Positions 13,491-26,559 of a DNA stretch of 64,000 nucleotides are shown piece after piece. Within the stretch, counting starts at the first letter, position 1. Every line of letters starts with the position of its first letter. The DNA is from Eledone cirrhosa (taxonomy: Eukaryota): the NCBI GenBank assembly GCA_964016885.1, contig OZ024740.1, positions 206,894,001-206,958,000 on the forward strand, in the 5' to 3' direction. The notes below the pieces were generated by a model, which worked only from the letters and a program-made list of their open reading frames with translations, had not been told where the DNA came from and made no database searches. A program made the translations under genes and the position numbers.

Positions 13491-14122
13491 ATAAGACAGT
13501 GCAAAGTAGTTTCAGATCTTAAAGTCCTTTAATGATAATGCTGTGATACATATTTCAATGACGACAGTGGCCACACGATTCCGTGTACACAGTGCCATGA
13601 CATCATCAGACAGTTTCTTACATAATAAGGTTATGTTCCCGAGGCAATCCAAATTGAATCGACAAGGGATCACACAAAGCGGGTGTTCTTTAATCCTTCG
13701 TCCGTTCCCTTGTGAGTCCCAATTCACCCCTACCAGTTTGCGCAGGCGCAAGTCCGGAGGAAGTTGACCATACACTACCCAAAAACTCTACGAAACTCGC
13801 CTAGGCAGGTCCCCTCAAACCCCAACGAAACAACCACCCCCATCCAGGTCTGTAATATGACACGGTTATAGTTTACTGCTAGTCGCCCTGCCAGTGCCCG
13901 TTGACCGAAACCCAGTGGTAGTGGCAGAGTATGACTCTCAATAAGCCTCAATATTACCCCTAAATTATGCTTGGACAGTAGAATTTAACCATCAGCCGCT
14001 AAGAGAATATAAACTTAATTCTAGATATTATGGTTTCAGTGGAAATTATGATTGAAAATTAGAAATTAAAAAATTACAAGTTTAAATCTTGATTGAAGTA
14101 AATAAAAAAAAAATATATATAT

Positions 14123-14312
14123 AATTGTTTCTACGTTAGGCACAAGGCCAGCAAATTACCCAGTGTATTACTGGTACTTTATTTTATCGACCCCGTAAGG
14201 ATGAAAGGCAAAGTTAACCTCGGCGGGATTTGAACTCAGAATGGCAAAGGCCGTAACTCTATGCGTCAAAGCATGGCGTCCGACCCTCTCCCCATACTGC
14301 CAATCCACCGCC
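14123..14312 (-). mobile_element. SINE family A
   Basis: Full-length match to the SINE consensus. Confidence 0.9.
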
Positions 14313-14314
14313 TA

Positions 14315-15089
14315 TCTATATATATAAAACTGTGGTTGTCTGTCTGTCTATCGATTTTTGGCACACATCTCCTCTTAGAATCTCTCACGGAATTGCACTG
14401 AAATTGCTATACTTGTACATTGAGCCCTAGCGAAGACATCGGAAAAAAAATAATTTCAAATTAACCCACCCTATGTGACGAAATCGAATATAATGTATCG
14501 ATTTTTGAGCGTAAGTTATCAGTTATTTCCCTTTGTTCTGTTTACATTGAGCGTCTTACGTAAAAAATTACGCTGGCTTTCTCAGCGTTTAAAATGACAT
14601 TAACACAATACACGAACATTCGAACACTAAGCTTCCGTTTTGCTTCATTTCCATTTAAAAGCATTTTAAAACAATATTTTTACTTGAAAACAAGTCTATT
14701 TAAAGACTACGTAAAACAAGCAAATATTTCAGGCGTGCAGACAGACAGTCGTGCAGAGAGGTGATATAGGCGTGCAGACAGACATAACTGATAATTTGGT
14801 TACGCTAATGTTTTTCTCTGCGTTGCAGTGTTTACATTTTCGATCTTTGTTAATAAATAACCAGTGCAGTTTTTATCCCCAGCATCCTCTTTTGTTATAA
14901 CATTCGGGTTATCGTTATGTTTTCTTAACTTCATAAGGCATATTGTTGGTTGAGGGAATATTAATCAAAAACACCACATGCAAGTCTGCACAGTAGACAC
15001 TACAGTTTTTAAGCCAAAAAAGAAACTTAACATTGTAACTTTAACACAGCTACTGAGCGACCCCGAGCAACGCCGGGCTTTACTGCAAG
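14315..15089 (+). mobile_element. Non-autonomous Helitron
   Basis: 5' TC after a host A (TCTATATATATAAAACTGTGGTTGTCTGTCTG). Subterminal hairpin CCCGAGCAACGCCGGG, and 3' CAAG (CTAG variant) before a host T. Same termini as 43508-44306. Confidence 0.72.
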
Positions 15090-15102
15090 TATATATATAT
15101 AT

Positions 15103-15487
15103 AATTGTTTCTACTTTAGGCACAAGGCCAGCAAATTACCCAGTGCATTACTGGTACTTTATTTTATCGACCTCGTAAGGATGAAAGGCAAAGTCAACCT
15201 CGGCGGGATTTGAACTCAGATCGTAAAGGGACGTAACTATGCTGGAAAGCATGGCGTCCGACCCTCCACCGATACTGCCACTCCACCGCCTAAATGTACA
15301 TACAAAATAATTGTTTCTACTTTTGGCACAAGGCCAGCAATTATCCAGTACATTACTGGTACTTTATTTTATCGACCTCGTAACTATGCGTCAAAGTTAA
15401 CCTCGGCGGGATTTGAACTCAGAATGGCAAGGGCCGTAACTCTATGCGTCAAAGCAAACGCTCTACCCATACTGCCAATCCACTGCC
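15103..15487 (-). mobile_element. Two tandem SINE family A copies (15103-15290 and 15309-15487; the second is internally rearranged)
   Basis: Both match the SINE consensus. Confidence 0.88.
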
Positions 15488-16082
15488 TATAATATATATA
15501 TATAATACTTAATAAATAGGGTGATGTTTAAATTATAGTAAGAAGTTTTGAAAGGGGGATCAATATTACCGTGCAGTATAACGGAGGGTAAATTACAGTA
15601 TGAAACGTAGTAATTAGGCAAATAAATATCTTCTTCTATCACATGAATCAAAACAAAAAGTACATAGATGCAAAATGAGAGAGGAGACATGTATGAGAAA
15701 AATATAAGAGGAAGATAAACTGTATGGAAATGAGGGTATAAGTGGTCAAAATGCTTGTCAATTTTGTCCATGTAAAGTGCATATAAAATTTCGTTATCGG
15801 ATGAAGTGAGGGGGCTTCCGTTCAAGGCCTCTGTGCAAATGCAATTTGCTGCAGGAAAATAAGGGGTTTAACGTTGCTTTTAACTCCGCTTATTTACCCG
15901 GTCGAAAGTTAGTTTATAATTTTATTTCCGTCTAGCAGTAGGGATTTTCATTAAATGACTTTAACATCTGAAACTACTTTGCATTTTCTTATTCTAAATA
16001 TACTCCGTCACTCCCATGTGGAAAACGTACGTTGAGTGCTTGAATCAAATTGCAACAATATTTACCTTAAGTATATATATAT

Positions 16083-16118
16083 ATGTGTGTGTGTGTGAGC
16101 GTGTGTGTGTGATGTGTG

Positions 16119-16156
<38 letters not shown>

Positions 16157-16196
16157 GCGTGTGCGTGTGTGTGTGCGTGTGTGTGTGTGATGTGTG

Positions 16197-16244
<48 letters not shown>

Positions 16245-16280
16245 GCGTGTGTGTGTGCGTGTGTGTATGTATATGTATAT
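16083..16280. repeat. (GT)n microsatellite
   Basis: Directly visible. Confidence 0.95.
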
Positions 16281-16499
16281 ACTATTGAAACGAAGTCATT
16301 GAAAGAACCGATGTATCTCCGACCGTTTTTTCACTCAATGCTTTAATTGAGCCAGCATCATTAAGATACCAACCAAAATGGAAAGCAGAGTGCACTCGAA
16401 TGCGTTAAATAGTGAGAGAAAGGATTTCGTGTGGAAACGGAGGTAAAGAGCTAGAACTACTAGACAAACGAAGAAAGAAAGGGAGAAGGGAAGAGGATG

Positions 16500-16690
16500 A
16501 AATTGCAAAGGCATTTCTAGACAGTGGCTAGCGACACACGCTGCAACACGCTTGCGGGGCTCCTTCCTCAGACGGTCTGCTATCGTTCCGATTTTGTGGA
16601 GTAGCTCAGCTGTACGGGGTCCAAGGGCGCTTAAGATCTTTATGGTGACCGGTACAAGGAGGAAGCGGCCGGACAAGCCCCGGTATTAGC
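16500..16690 (-). mobile_element. CRE-type RLE 3' fragment
   Basis: FLLVPVTIKILSALGPRTAELLHKIG resembles the RLE C-terminus (F.P..ETLG..G..A...L..IG). Duplicated at ~20310-20405. Confidence 0.5.
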
Positions 16691-16829
16691 TTGTCTTCCC
16701 GAAAAGAAATTATCTGCAAATAATCATAAAAGTCCAAGGGAAGTAATTCCTGAATTATACAGAAATAGTTATTTCCCTTGAAGGTTTGTTTCGGTTTTTT
16801 TTTCTCTATTTTTTTTCCATTATTTATTG

Positions 16830-17022
16830 GGGTTGATTGGCGGTGGATTGGCAGTATCGGTAGAGGGTCGGACGCCATGCCTTCCAGCATAGTTACGTCC
16901 CTTTACGTTCTGAGTTCAAATCCCGCCGAGGTTGACTTTGCCTTTCATCCTTACGGGGTCGATAAAATAAAGTACCAGTAATGCACTGGATAATTGCTGG
17001 CCTTGTGCCAAAAGTAGAAACA
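16830..17022 (+). mobile_element. SINE family A
   Basis: Full copy with an 11-bp TSD ATTATTTATTG (16819-16829 and 17023-17033). Confidence 0.92.
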
Positions 17023-17049
17023 ATTATTTATTGCGGATGAAAACCTTAT

Positions 17050-17658
17050 TTGGTTCAGAGTCGTGGACACTTTGCCGCACTCACATACATAAGCTTGATG
17101 TCTTCCCCAAACGCTGTCTTCGCTCTGTCTGTGGATTTGCACTTTCTGACAGTCTCCAATGCTGAACTGTTCACAAGATGCAACATTGGTGGGATTGAGT
17201 CACTTCTGATGCAATCCCAACTCACATGGGCTGGTCATATCCTTCCTACGGATGTCTGAGGACTGCACACCTAAGGTACTGATGTACAGTCAACTTCAGG
17301 ATGGTGCGCATAGTATGGGCAGGTCACTACTCCTATATATGGACAAACTGAGGTACAATCTTAGATCTGTCTCCTTCTTCGTTTGAAGCCATGAATTCCA
17401 ACCGTAAAAAATGGAAAACTGTCTACCATGAAGGTGTAAAGAACTTTGAGAAATCTCGTTTAGCCCACCTCTGTGAGTTAAGATAAAACACCAAAGTCCG
17501 GTCAGGCATTTCAGTCTGTTCGAGATCCTGTCACCTGCACCGAATTCGGATTGATGTGTAAATCAGCAGCTGGATTGAAGTGCCATAGGAAACATAAGGC
17601 ATTGAACAGAAAAGACTGTTGAGCCCTCATACGTCGAATCGACGGGAGAGTCCATCAT
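17050..17658 (+). mobile_element. Degraded RTE (BovB-like) LINE 3' fragment
   Basis: Remnants IESLLMQSQLTWAGHI and PKVLMYSQL, plus a terminal C2H2-like CTEFGLMCKSAAGLKCH. Confidence 0.65.
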
Positions 17659-17740
17659 ATATATATATATATATTTATTAAAATAACAGATTAAAGTTTA
17701 AGCAAAGAATCGCTGCTTTCACCCTTAACGGGATCTTCTG

Positions 17741-18131
17741 AAAAGAGAGGGACAATTCTTTTTTTTTTTAATGTTTATGAAGTATATAAAGTATATGAAA
17801 AAATTACCGGTTTCGATGTATTAAAATACATCAAATGTAATGTAAAAAAATTAAAAAGAGTTGATAAGAGTAAAAAAAGAAAGGTTTAAAATTAGAATCA
17901 ATATCAAATAATTTTGAATAATTTTCCTTCCATTCTGCCTTTTGAAAGGTTGGGTGGAAATGAGAACATGAGAAATTAAAAACATTTCTTTTTTTACTCC
18001 TATCAACTCTTTTTAATTTTTTACACTCTACATTTGACTAGATGGATTTTAATACATCGAAACCGGTAATTTCTTCATATACTTTATATACTTCATCAAC
18101 AAATTTTTTTAAAGAATTATCCCTCTCTTTT
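17741..18131. repeat. Imperfect inverted repeat (fold-back), arms ~17741-17890 and ~17977-18131
   Basis: For example TTACCGGTTTCGATGTATTAAAA pairs with TTTTAATACATCGAAACCGGTAA. Confidence 0.85.
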
Positions 18132-18250
18132 TTTAATAACATTATCTTTTTAATAACACTATCTTTTCAATAATGTCATTTGACGAATAAAAAGAGAAAA
18201 ACAGACCCTTAAATATATCTCCCGTGCTATTTCCAATTTCATATTTTCTG

Positions 18251-18282
<32 letters not shown>

Positions 18283-18286
<4 letters not shown>

Positions 18287-18755
18287 GCGAAATCTATCCA
18301 CACCATGACCCCTGGGTGACATTTACTGGTCAAATTCTGGGTTACCTCCTTTTTGGTGTAAACAAGTCTGTGCGTGGGTGATCTCTCGAGGTCACCCCTA
18401 TGGTTCTCAAGACAGGAGACAGAGCAAGCGACAGATGTAAATAGCCTGACTTATACCAAGCAAAAAGGCAGTTCGGAGCACTTCCTGATAGAGTAAACAT
18501 GTAAAACATTTGCTTTCTACAGACCCCTTGGGGTCTTACAGACTCTTACTCTCTCTCTTTCACTCAATCTCTATCTCTTTGTGTCTCTCTTTCAATCAAG
18601 CCAGTGAAGTTCATGAAGTTTCTTTCGGTAAATACAATTTAATTCTACTTTTACAAACAAACAAATAACTTCCATAATCCCTGTGCGTTTTTCGTATAGC
18701 TTCGGTGTGAGTTATTTTCAATAAATTAATAATTTAGCGGTTTGGTGTCATCGTG
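18283..18755 (+). mobile_element. Possible LTR with PBS-like remnant
   Basis: Starts TG after a microsatellite, has a CT-rich 3' part, and ends at TTTGGTGTCA (PBS-like). No second LTR is seen. Confidence 0.3.
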
Positions 18756-19621
18756 GTTCATTTATATATATTCATTTTTTGCGTGATCAAGGAACTATCA
18801 TATCATCTTATTGAACACTCACTTACCTGCACACATGCAACCTCTGGTCACACTGTATCACACATCAGTGACCACACCACACAGCAAGCTACAAGTGAGC
18901 ACATACGCAACAAACGAATCAACACCACAACACAATCCCCTACCAACATCGACCAACAAACTATCACTATATATATACATATATATATATGTGTGTGTGT
19001 GTGTGTGTATAATTATAGTATTATTCAATTTCTATTAGTGTATTCAATTAATTTGATTATTCAACAAGAATCTATAACAGAATACTGGTGTCGTATGAGT
19101 ATAACAAAGACGATTGGTTTGTGTGTATAATATTTAATTAACAATTTGTGGATATATATAGAACAGTATAGTTGACATGTCAATGAATAGATCAAAGAAT
19201 GAAGCAAAGATATTAGTTACTGTTTTGGTTGCCTGGCAGAAGACGCCTGGCGAAGGCCAGGCGCCGGAAAGGCAAATGAGAGGTAGGGAGCTTAACGTTC
19301 TTAGTTTTATAGGGTTCTGACCGGAAGTTACAGAAAGAGTTCTACTTCCTGTCTAGAGAGCGTTAATCTATTGGGGATGTGAGTGTCACAACAAGGGAGG
19401 CAACTCCTGCTACAAATCAAAGGCCGCTCATAGTAGTGTTTTACTCAAATTACGAATTATTCCAATCAAATGTTAGCGGTCCAAGATTATATGTAATGCA
19501 TACAATGAAACACGTCTAAGTATTACTCAATAAATGTTATTCCTACTCATCTGGATTATGATGCTTTTAATGATATTTTTGTAATTTTCTATATATATAT
19601 ACATGTGTGTGTGTGTGTGTG

Positions 19622-20160
19622 TGTGGATCTGCGAGCCACATAAATGTCGCTGTGGATCCACCGTGGACTCTTTCGGCTTCCACCTACTTTCCTGTCGGCA
19701 CATTGCCGGCAGCCTTCCACACCATGCTGCCCTCAACAAGGTCATAAAGCATGGCTTAGATGCTGCAGGCTTCCCCCTCCCAGCTCGAGCCGGTGGGGCT
19801 GGACCAAGGGGACGGCAAAAGGCCAGACGGTATGACCATCTTCCCGTTTCGCCTTGGCAAACCCCTCGTCTGGGATGCCACTTGCAGCGACACTTTCTCC
19901 AGCCGCAACCTGGTGCAGTCTGCGACTAACGCAGGTTCTTTGGGCTGAGGAGGGAAAACCCTCCAAGTACCGCTCGCTGTCCGACAGGTTTGCGGTCGTG
20001 CCCTTGGCAGTGGAGATTCTGGTGTCCTTAGCCCTAGGGCTACCTCCCTACTCACCACCATAGGCGCTGAGCTGGCCAGCGAGTTGGAATGGCTCTTCCA
20101 GCGCATCTCTATTACCATCCTCCGGGGAAACGCCTTCTCCATTCTGTCCGCCGGGACTCC
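19622..20160 (+). mobile_element. CRE-type RLE non-LTR retrotransposon 3' part
   Basis: CCHC knuckle CRCG..VD..G.HLLSC, then HH.ALN, RPDG...LVWDATC.DT and WLFQRISITILRGNA. Frameshifted. Confidence 0.8.
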
Positions 20161-20721
20161 ATTTGCTCTCCATCCAGAGAGATGGGGATAACGAGAGAGA
20201 TGGCGGCGATGACAGTGGGTGTTCGGCTCTTCCACGTTTGGACCATATCCTCGTGATTGTGTTCATTATCTATAGAGTCAGGTTAGCTTTATCTTTAATC
20301 CATCTGATTTTACGGAGTAGCTTGGCTGTATGGGGTCTGAGGATGCCTGAGGTCTTCACGGCAACCGGTACAAAGAGGCAGCTGCCGGGCAAGCGTCGGT
20401 ATTAGCTTGTCTTCCCGAAAAGAAATTAGCTGAAAAAATAATCATAGAAGTCAAGTTAAGAGTCCAAGGGAAGTAATTCCTACATTATACAGAAATAGTT
20501 ATTTCCTTTGATGGTTTGTTTCGCTTTTTTGTTTTTTTGTTTTGTTTTTTTTGTGTTTCATTATTTATTGCGGATGAAAACTTTTCCTTATCTGTTAGAA
20601 CACGAAAAGTGTGAAACAACAGAATGTTCACTTTTCGTGTTCTAACATATATGCCTAACATCTTCATAAATTTTTCGGGGATAGCCGTGGTGGTGGTGAT
20701 CGTATGTCATTGGCTAATTTT

Positions 20722-20741
20722 CAACCAATCAGAGTAAGTGT

Positions 20742-20793
<52 letters not shown>

Positions 20794-20813
20794 ACACTTA
20801 CTCTGATTGGTTG
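20722..20813. repeat. Perfect palindrome centred on (TA)n
   Basis: CAACCAATCAGAGTAAGTGTTGA-(TA)n-TCAACACTTACTCTGATTGGTTG. Confidence 0.95.
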
Positions 20814-22196
20814 TGGTTACCTCCGATTCAACCCGGAATAACGTATATATATATATATATATATACTATTCCCCCTCTCTCTATATATATCTTACGCTTT
20901 CGCTTTACACTCCTCCCCTTCAATAACACATTTCCCCCTCTCTATATATCTCTTCCACTGTTACTTACGCCTGTTTCTCTCTATCTGTTCCGTCTCTATA
21001 TATATATCTCTCTTACTCTTTCGCTTTGCACTCCTCCCCTTCAATACCATCTCTCCCCCTCTCTATATATTTGTTACTCTATCGCTGCACGCTCCTCTCC
21101 TTCAATATATCAATTACACACGCTTTACACTCCTTTATCCCCAGCGCCCCTATATATACACCCCCCCCCCCCTCCCGCATCTATATTTTAATGTTCCGTT
21201 GCACCGTGAATATATGTGTCTATATATATATACATATATATTGTATATACACATTCATGTATGTGTATACACACTCATGTATGTATATACACTGGTTTTA
21301 TGTGTGTATTGTAAATTTGTACTGTTAAAACACGAAACTAACATTCGATTGACACTTTGATTACCTGTACAGGCAATAGTTATTAGAATGCTGTTGAAGT
21401 GTGTATATATTTTTGGGGGACATCCTGTATATACACACATTATATATAATACAATAAACAGATAAATACACACATATATATATGAGCTTATTTAATTATA
21501 AATATTGTGAATTTTTAACTCAGTTCAATTATATATATAAATGGCTTCTACAGGACTAGAACTGTTTCATTCGAAAGAAATCATCATAATATTGAGAGGG
21601 GGGACTAGATAAAATATTTCAAATCAAATGTGTATAAGTTATAAGTTAAAATGTATAAATAGAGACGATAGTGGAGGTATATCTGTTTAGTGGAACAGTA
21701 GACGATAGAATTAAATACAGACGAGAATCTCCCTTTAATGAAACAGCAGACGATAGAATTAAGGCAATTTAAATTTTAAGCACTTGCATTTCATCGTTAC
21801 GGGGTCGATAAAATAAAGTACCAGTAATACACTGTCACTATAAGTAGACGACTTTCAAATTGAATTGTTGGTTCCATTTCTTTAGTATTTTCAATTGTAG
21901 TTATCTACTTAAAAAGCGTTACACGGTTAGAGACATAATTGGTAAGTTATATCTTCCCTATTAAACCATTGCATTATTTCGCCTACAATAGAACAAAAAT
22001 GAAATGTTCTTTAAAGAAACAGGAATATAACTTTATAAAAAAAAAAGTTGCATCCGCTTCTTTTATCATTGATAATTTTTTCGTTTTAATATTAATTGTT
22101 TTTTGTAGTTGTTTATATTAAAAATCTTACTGTAATATTTACTTAAACGAAGGCAGACATCTAAACTTATAGATTAATCTTGAGCGAAGGACTAGA

Positions 22197-22521
<325 letters not shown>

Positions 22522-22605
22522 TGAATTTCTCCTAAGTATTCAATACTCTGTTGAGAAATACATTTTACATAAACAGTCTTTGTACCATTTATACGGTATT
22601 AATTA

Positions 22606-22734
<129 letters not shown>

Positions 22735-22959
22735 CGTATGATTAGAACTGTGTTTATTATTAATATTTTAATGGATTTAATGAAAAATTTTAGGTGTTCA
22801 TATATATATTCTAAAACTGCGCGAAATCGTGAATCCGCGATAGTTGAACCGCCAAGTAGCGAGGTATCAGTGTATATATGTTTAAATATATAGTGTAGCT
22901 GTGATGTATCTCGCGAGTGAATCGAGACCTGTCACTGATTTTGGTGTCCCACTGCCGAT

Positions 22960-23364
22960 GTGAATGAGCAACGCTGCACTTGTGAATTGGGTCTTGATGT
23001 TGCAGGCAGTTCATATACTTACAATGATGCGGTCCCACAAGCTTGTTCACATTCCTGTGCTAATAATCTAGATGGGCGTATTAAATTGGATGTGAAAGCA
23101 GCTTACCGGATGCGGAATCGGGAGAAGTTGAGACAAAAACAGGCCGATTATAGAGCTGTGAATTTTGCTAAATTAACACAAAAACAGGCCAAGTATAGAT
23201 GTTCAAAACGGTATGAGTTGGCAAACAAGCAGGCCAAGTATAGATCTGCAAATTCAGCTATTATATCTCAAAAGCAAGCCGAGCGTAGAGCTTCTAAACG
23301 TACCGAGTTGGCTAAAGAGCAGACCAAGTACAGATCTGCAAATATCTTATTGCACAAACAATAA
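22960..23364 (+). other. ORF remnant with 15-aa basic repeats (QKQAKYR...), probably transposon-derived
   Basis: Five or six 15-aa periodic units. No clear splice context, and it is followed by SINE and LINE insertions. Confidence 0.35.
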
Positions 23365-23390
23365 TTCTGCACAAATGTTGCTCCATTATT

Positions 23391-23570
23391 TTGGCAGTAT
23401 TGGTAGAGGGTCGGATGCCATGCTTTCCAGCATAGTTACGTCCCTTTACGATCTGAGTTCAAATCCTGCCGAGGTTGACTTTGCCTTTCATCCTTACGGG
23501 GTAGATAAAATAAAGTACCAGTAATGCACTGGGTAATTGCTGGCCTTGTGCCTAAAGTAGAAACAATTAT
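23391..23570 (+). mobile_element. SINE family A
   Basis: Match to consensus with a slightly 5'-truncated head. Confidence 0.9.
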
Positions 23571-23756
23571 TAGATCTAATGTTGCAACGATACAGTTAAA
23601 TGTTGTCTGTGTATTTTAAAAAAGATTTGCTTATAATCTTTTCAAATTTCATTACGCCAATGATTCAAGCTCAAATTGACATTATCTAAAAAATTGTACA
23701 AACAGCGGTGGATTAGCAGTAGTGAACAGATAAATCAGTCAATTTATTAAGATTGA

Positions 23757-24410
23757 CTTGGCATCAATCAGCAAGACCTTCATTAGCTGCTCTCCAGCCA
23801 TCTATTTAAAGCTGTATACATCTATGGTACGAATACACTTGGAGTTCGCGTCATCAGTCTGGAACCCCTATCTTGCTCAGAACATTGACCTCCTGGAAAC
23901 TGTTCAGAGACATACAACCAAGCGCATACCCTCCATCAGACACCTACCATACCCTGAATATTTTGCTTCCCTCTGGCAATGGACTTGGTAAACACCCACA
24001 AAGTTATTAACCATCCGACCAACAACAACCCCGAACACCTTTTTGATCTCCATGTGTCTAACACGTGGACATGCCTACAAAGTCAGAAAACAACACAGCT
24101 CCCATGACTTTAGGAAATATTTCTTCATGCTCAGAGTTGCTGAAGGATGGAACAAACTTCCTGCATCAGTTGTTAGCTGATGACACACTGCATCCTTTAA
24201 AACCATCATACATTTCGAAATACACCAAAACTACACCTGATGTCCCCCTTCCATACACATGCACATATGTGTATATCATGACTCATGCACTGTTCTTTTT
24301 TCCTGACGTTTTTATATTACCCTATGTATTATATATGCACTTTTGATGAGTTGTAGTGCACCTCAGCATTGTACACAATATTTTCATTATTATTATCATT
24401 ATTATTATTA
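23757..24410 (+). mobile_element. CR1/Jockey-type LINE 3' fragment
   Basis: LYTSMVRIHLEFASSVWNPY...LETVQR, a 3' UTR and a (TTA)n tail. Homologous to 38243-38916. Confidence 0.85.
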
Positions 24411-24877
24411 CACTCATTGATCCATTTTGCACTAACTCTGCATCAAGCACCCTCACCTAAATATTAACCAATCAAGGATCCAATACAGCTATCTGTTGGA
24501 TGAGTATTGTATAGTGCCAAAAACGAAACCAATCAGTTTAGCAGAAAGTTTCCAGACAAGAAACACGCATATTTTGCTATCCTCAAACACGTTTACACAT
24601 GGCATGAAATATAACTAATCCGAGATGGCTAGGTTTCATCTTCTAACTGGATATACGAAATCCATTATGTCTTGACAACAACATGAGGTAACATTATGTT
24701 ATTCACAGACACACTTTGTACACTGTTCCATATCAGAATGTATTTCCTTCGTCACATTCACAAACAGTATTGAAAATATGTTCTTCGGCAAATAAAAATG
24801 TTTTGTTCATAATATTTCAACTAGCGATTGCTCTACTCCACGCACGACCACCATAAATTAATGACCAGCTCAACACA

Positions 24878-25050
24878 AGTATTGGTAGAGCGTCAGACAC
24901 CATGCTTTGCAGTATTGTTATGGTCCTTTGCATTCTAAGTTCAAATCCTGCCGAGGTTAACTTCGACTTTCATACTTACTAATTCGATAAAATAAAGTAC
25001 CAGTAATGGACTGCCGTAATGGATTTGTGCCGAAAAATAGAAACACTATT
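24878..25050 (+). mobile_element. Diverged SINE family A
   Basis: B-box AAGTTCAAATCC and core GATAAAATAAAGTACCAG. Confidence 0.7.
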
Positions 25051-25600
25051 AATGTGCAATAAGAGCAAAATATAACGACATTGCTCAATTATTTTATCTA
25101 ATGTTGTAATAACACAAGGAAATGTTGTTTGTGTATTTTTTTTTATATTTGCTCATAGGCTTTTACAATTTCGCTCAGCCAACAACTATTAAAAAGTGAG
25201 TTGCTTAAGATAACAATTTAATCACAAATTGTTGCTATCTTTTAATACACTCCAACAAGTCATCAAATTATGTACAATAAAAACAAATCTTATTAATTTG
25301 CTCAGGGAATATAAAGAAAATGTATATACACTGATAATTGCAATTGTATGTAAATATTTTGTTTTTGTATTGTTTATTTTATGTTTTCTATTATGTATAA
25401 TATATTGATTTAATATTGATTGTTTTTTGTAGTTGTTTATATTAAAAGTCTGAAAATATTTTTATATATCTTACACTAATATTTATAAGATAATTTATAA
25501 TAACAATTACATAATCTAATTACATTACAACGATAATTTATTATTAATATATATCCTGTTTAACTAGAGTTATTACAAGCGTTGCCTTAAAAAAATATTA

Positions 25601-26559
25601 AACTAGACATGAAAAATGCGCAAGCTCAAAAGTGCCACAGAATGTTAAAATAAACCTTCAAAAGTGTGGGACTAGAGTTGTTGCTAAAAAATATTGTAAT
25701 CATTATATATCGTACATTCTGTGGCATCCTTTATAAAAATAGCTTAAACCAACGAAGCCTTTATTTTTACGCTATTTCACTTAGTTAATTCTTAGAGTGT
25801 AACATATAAAAATAAATACATCTATGTTTAATGTAATAACAGCTATAAATAATTACGTAATATTATTATCATATACTCATAGTAACAAAATAATTGTGTT
25901 GAAACTTAATATGATGCTTATATGAACGATCAAATCTATAATGATAATTTCTTAAATATACTAATAGTAAAATAATTTAGTTATCTATTGTTACATTTTC
26001 ATAGAACTATAATATTAACAATCGTATTGCATTATCAAATTTTTATCACTACAAACTTTCATATTGGAATTACCTTAAGCCACTTATTATTACTTCGCTT
26101 TCGTACTTTTACAGCTGTAGATATTGCGCTGTATCTTATATCTAATATCAATATCTCGTGGTAATTTGCATGAAGTGTAAAATAGGTTTATTAATAACTT
26201 TAATATGAAATGTATTATACAGGGCTGCGGAGTCGGCCAAAAATTGACTGGCTCCAACTCAGGATCCGATACTCCATTATTTCCTAAATTTCAGCTCCGC
26301 AGCTCTGTTATTATATTAATTAATTTATTTTATAGTTGTAAATCATATTTTTATATGTTACACTCTAAGAATTAACTAAGTGAAATAGCGTAAAAATAAA
26401 GGCTTCGTTGGTTTAAGCTATTTTTATAAAGGATGCCACAGAATGTACGATATATAATGATTACAATATTTTTTAGCAACAACTCTAGTCCCACACTTTT
26501 GAAGGTTTATTATAACATTCTGTGGCACTTTTGAGCTTGCGCATTTTTCATGTCTAGTT
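25601..26559. repeat. Near-perfect ~214-bp inverted repeat with a ~530-bp AT-rich spacer
   Basis: 25601-25814 is the reverse complement of 26346-26559 with about one mismatch. Confidence 0.92.
26220..26307. mobile_element. Tiny hAT-type MITE
   Basis: TIRs CAGGGCTGCGGAG and CTCCGCAGCTCTG, with an 8-bp TSD matching 7/8 (GTATTATA / TTATTATA). Confidence 0.65.

Noticed and set aside
19233-19275. CAGAAGA-CGCCTGGC(GAAG)GCCAGGCG-CCG-GAAA hairpin
   Set aside because: The hairpin is strong, but extra bases before GAAA, a non-canonical core and no stem I or III rule out a ribozyme call.
23391-24410. Idea that SINE family A shares its 3' end with the CR1/Jockey-type LINE (partner LINE)
   Set aside because: Only the ATT-type tail is shared; no convincing 3' homology is visible.
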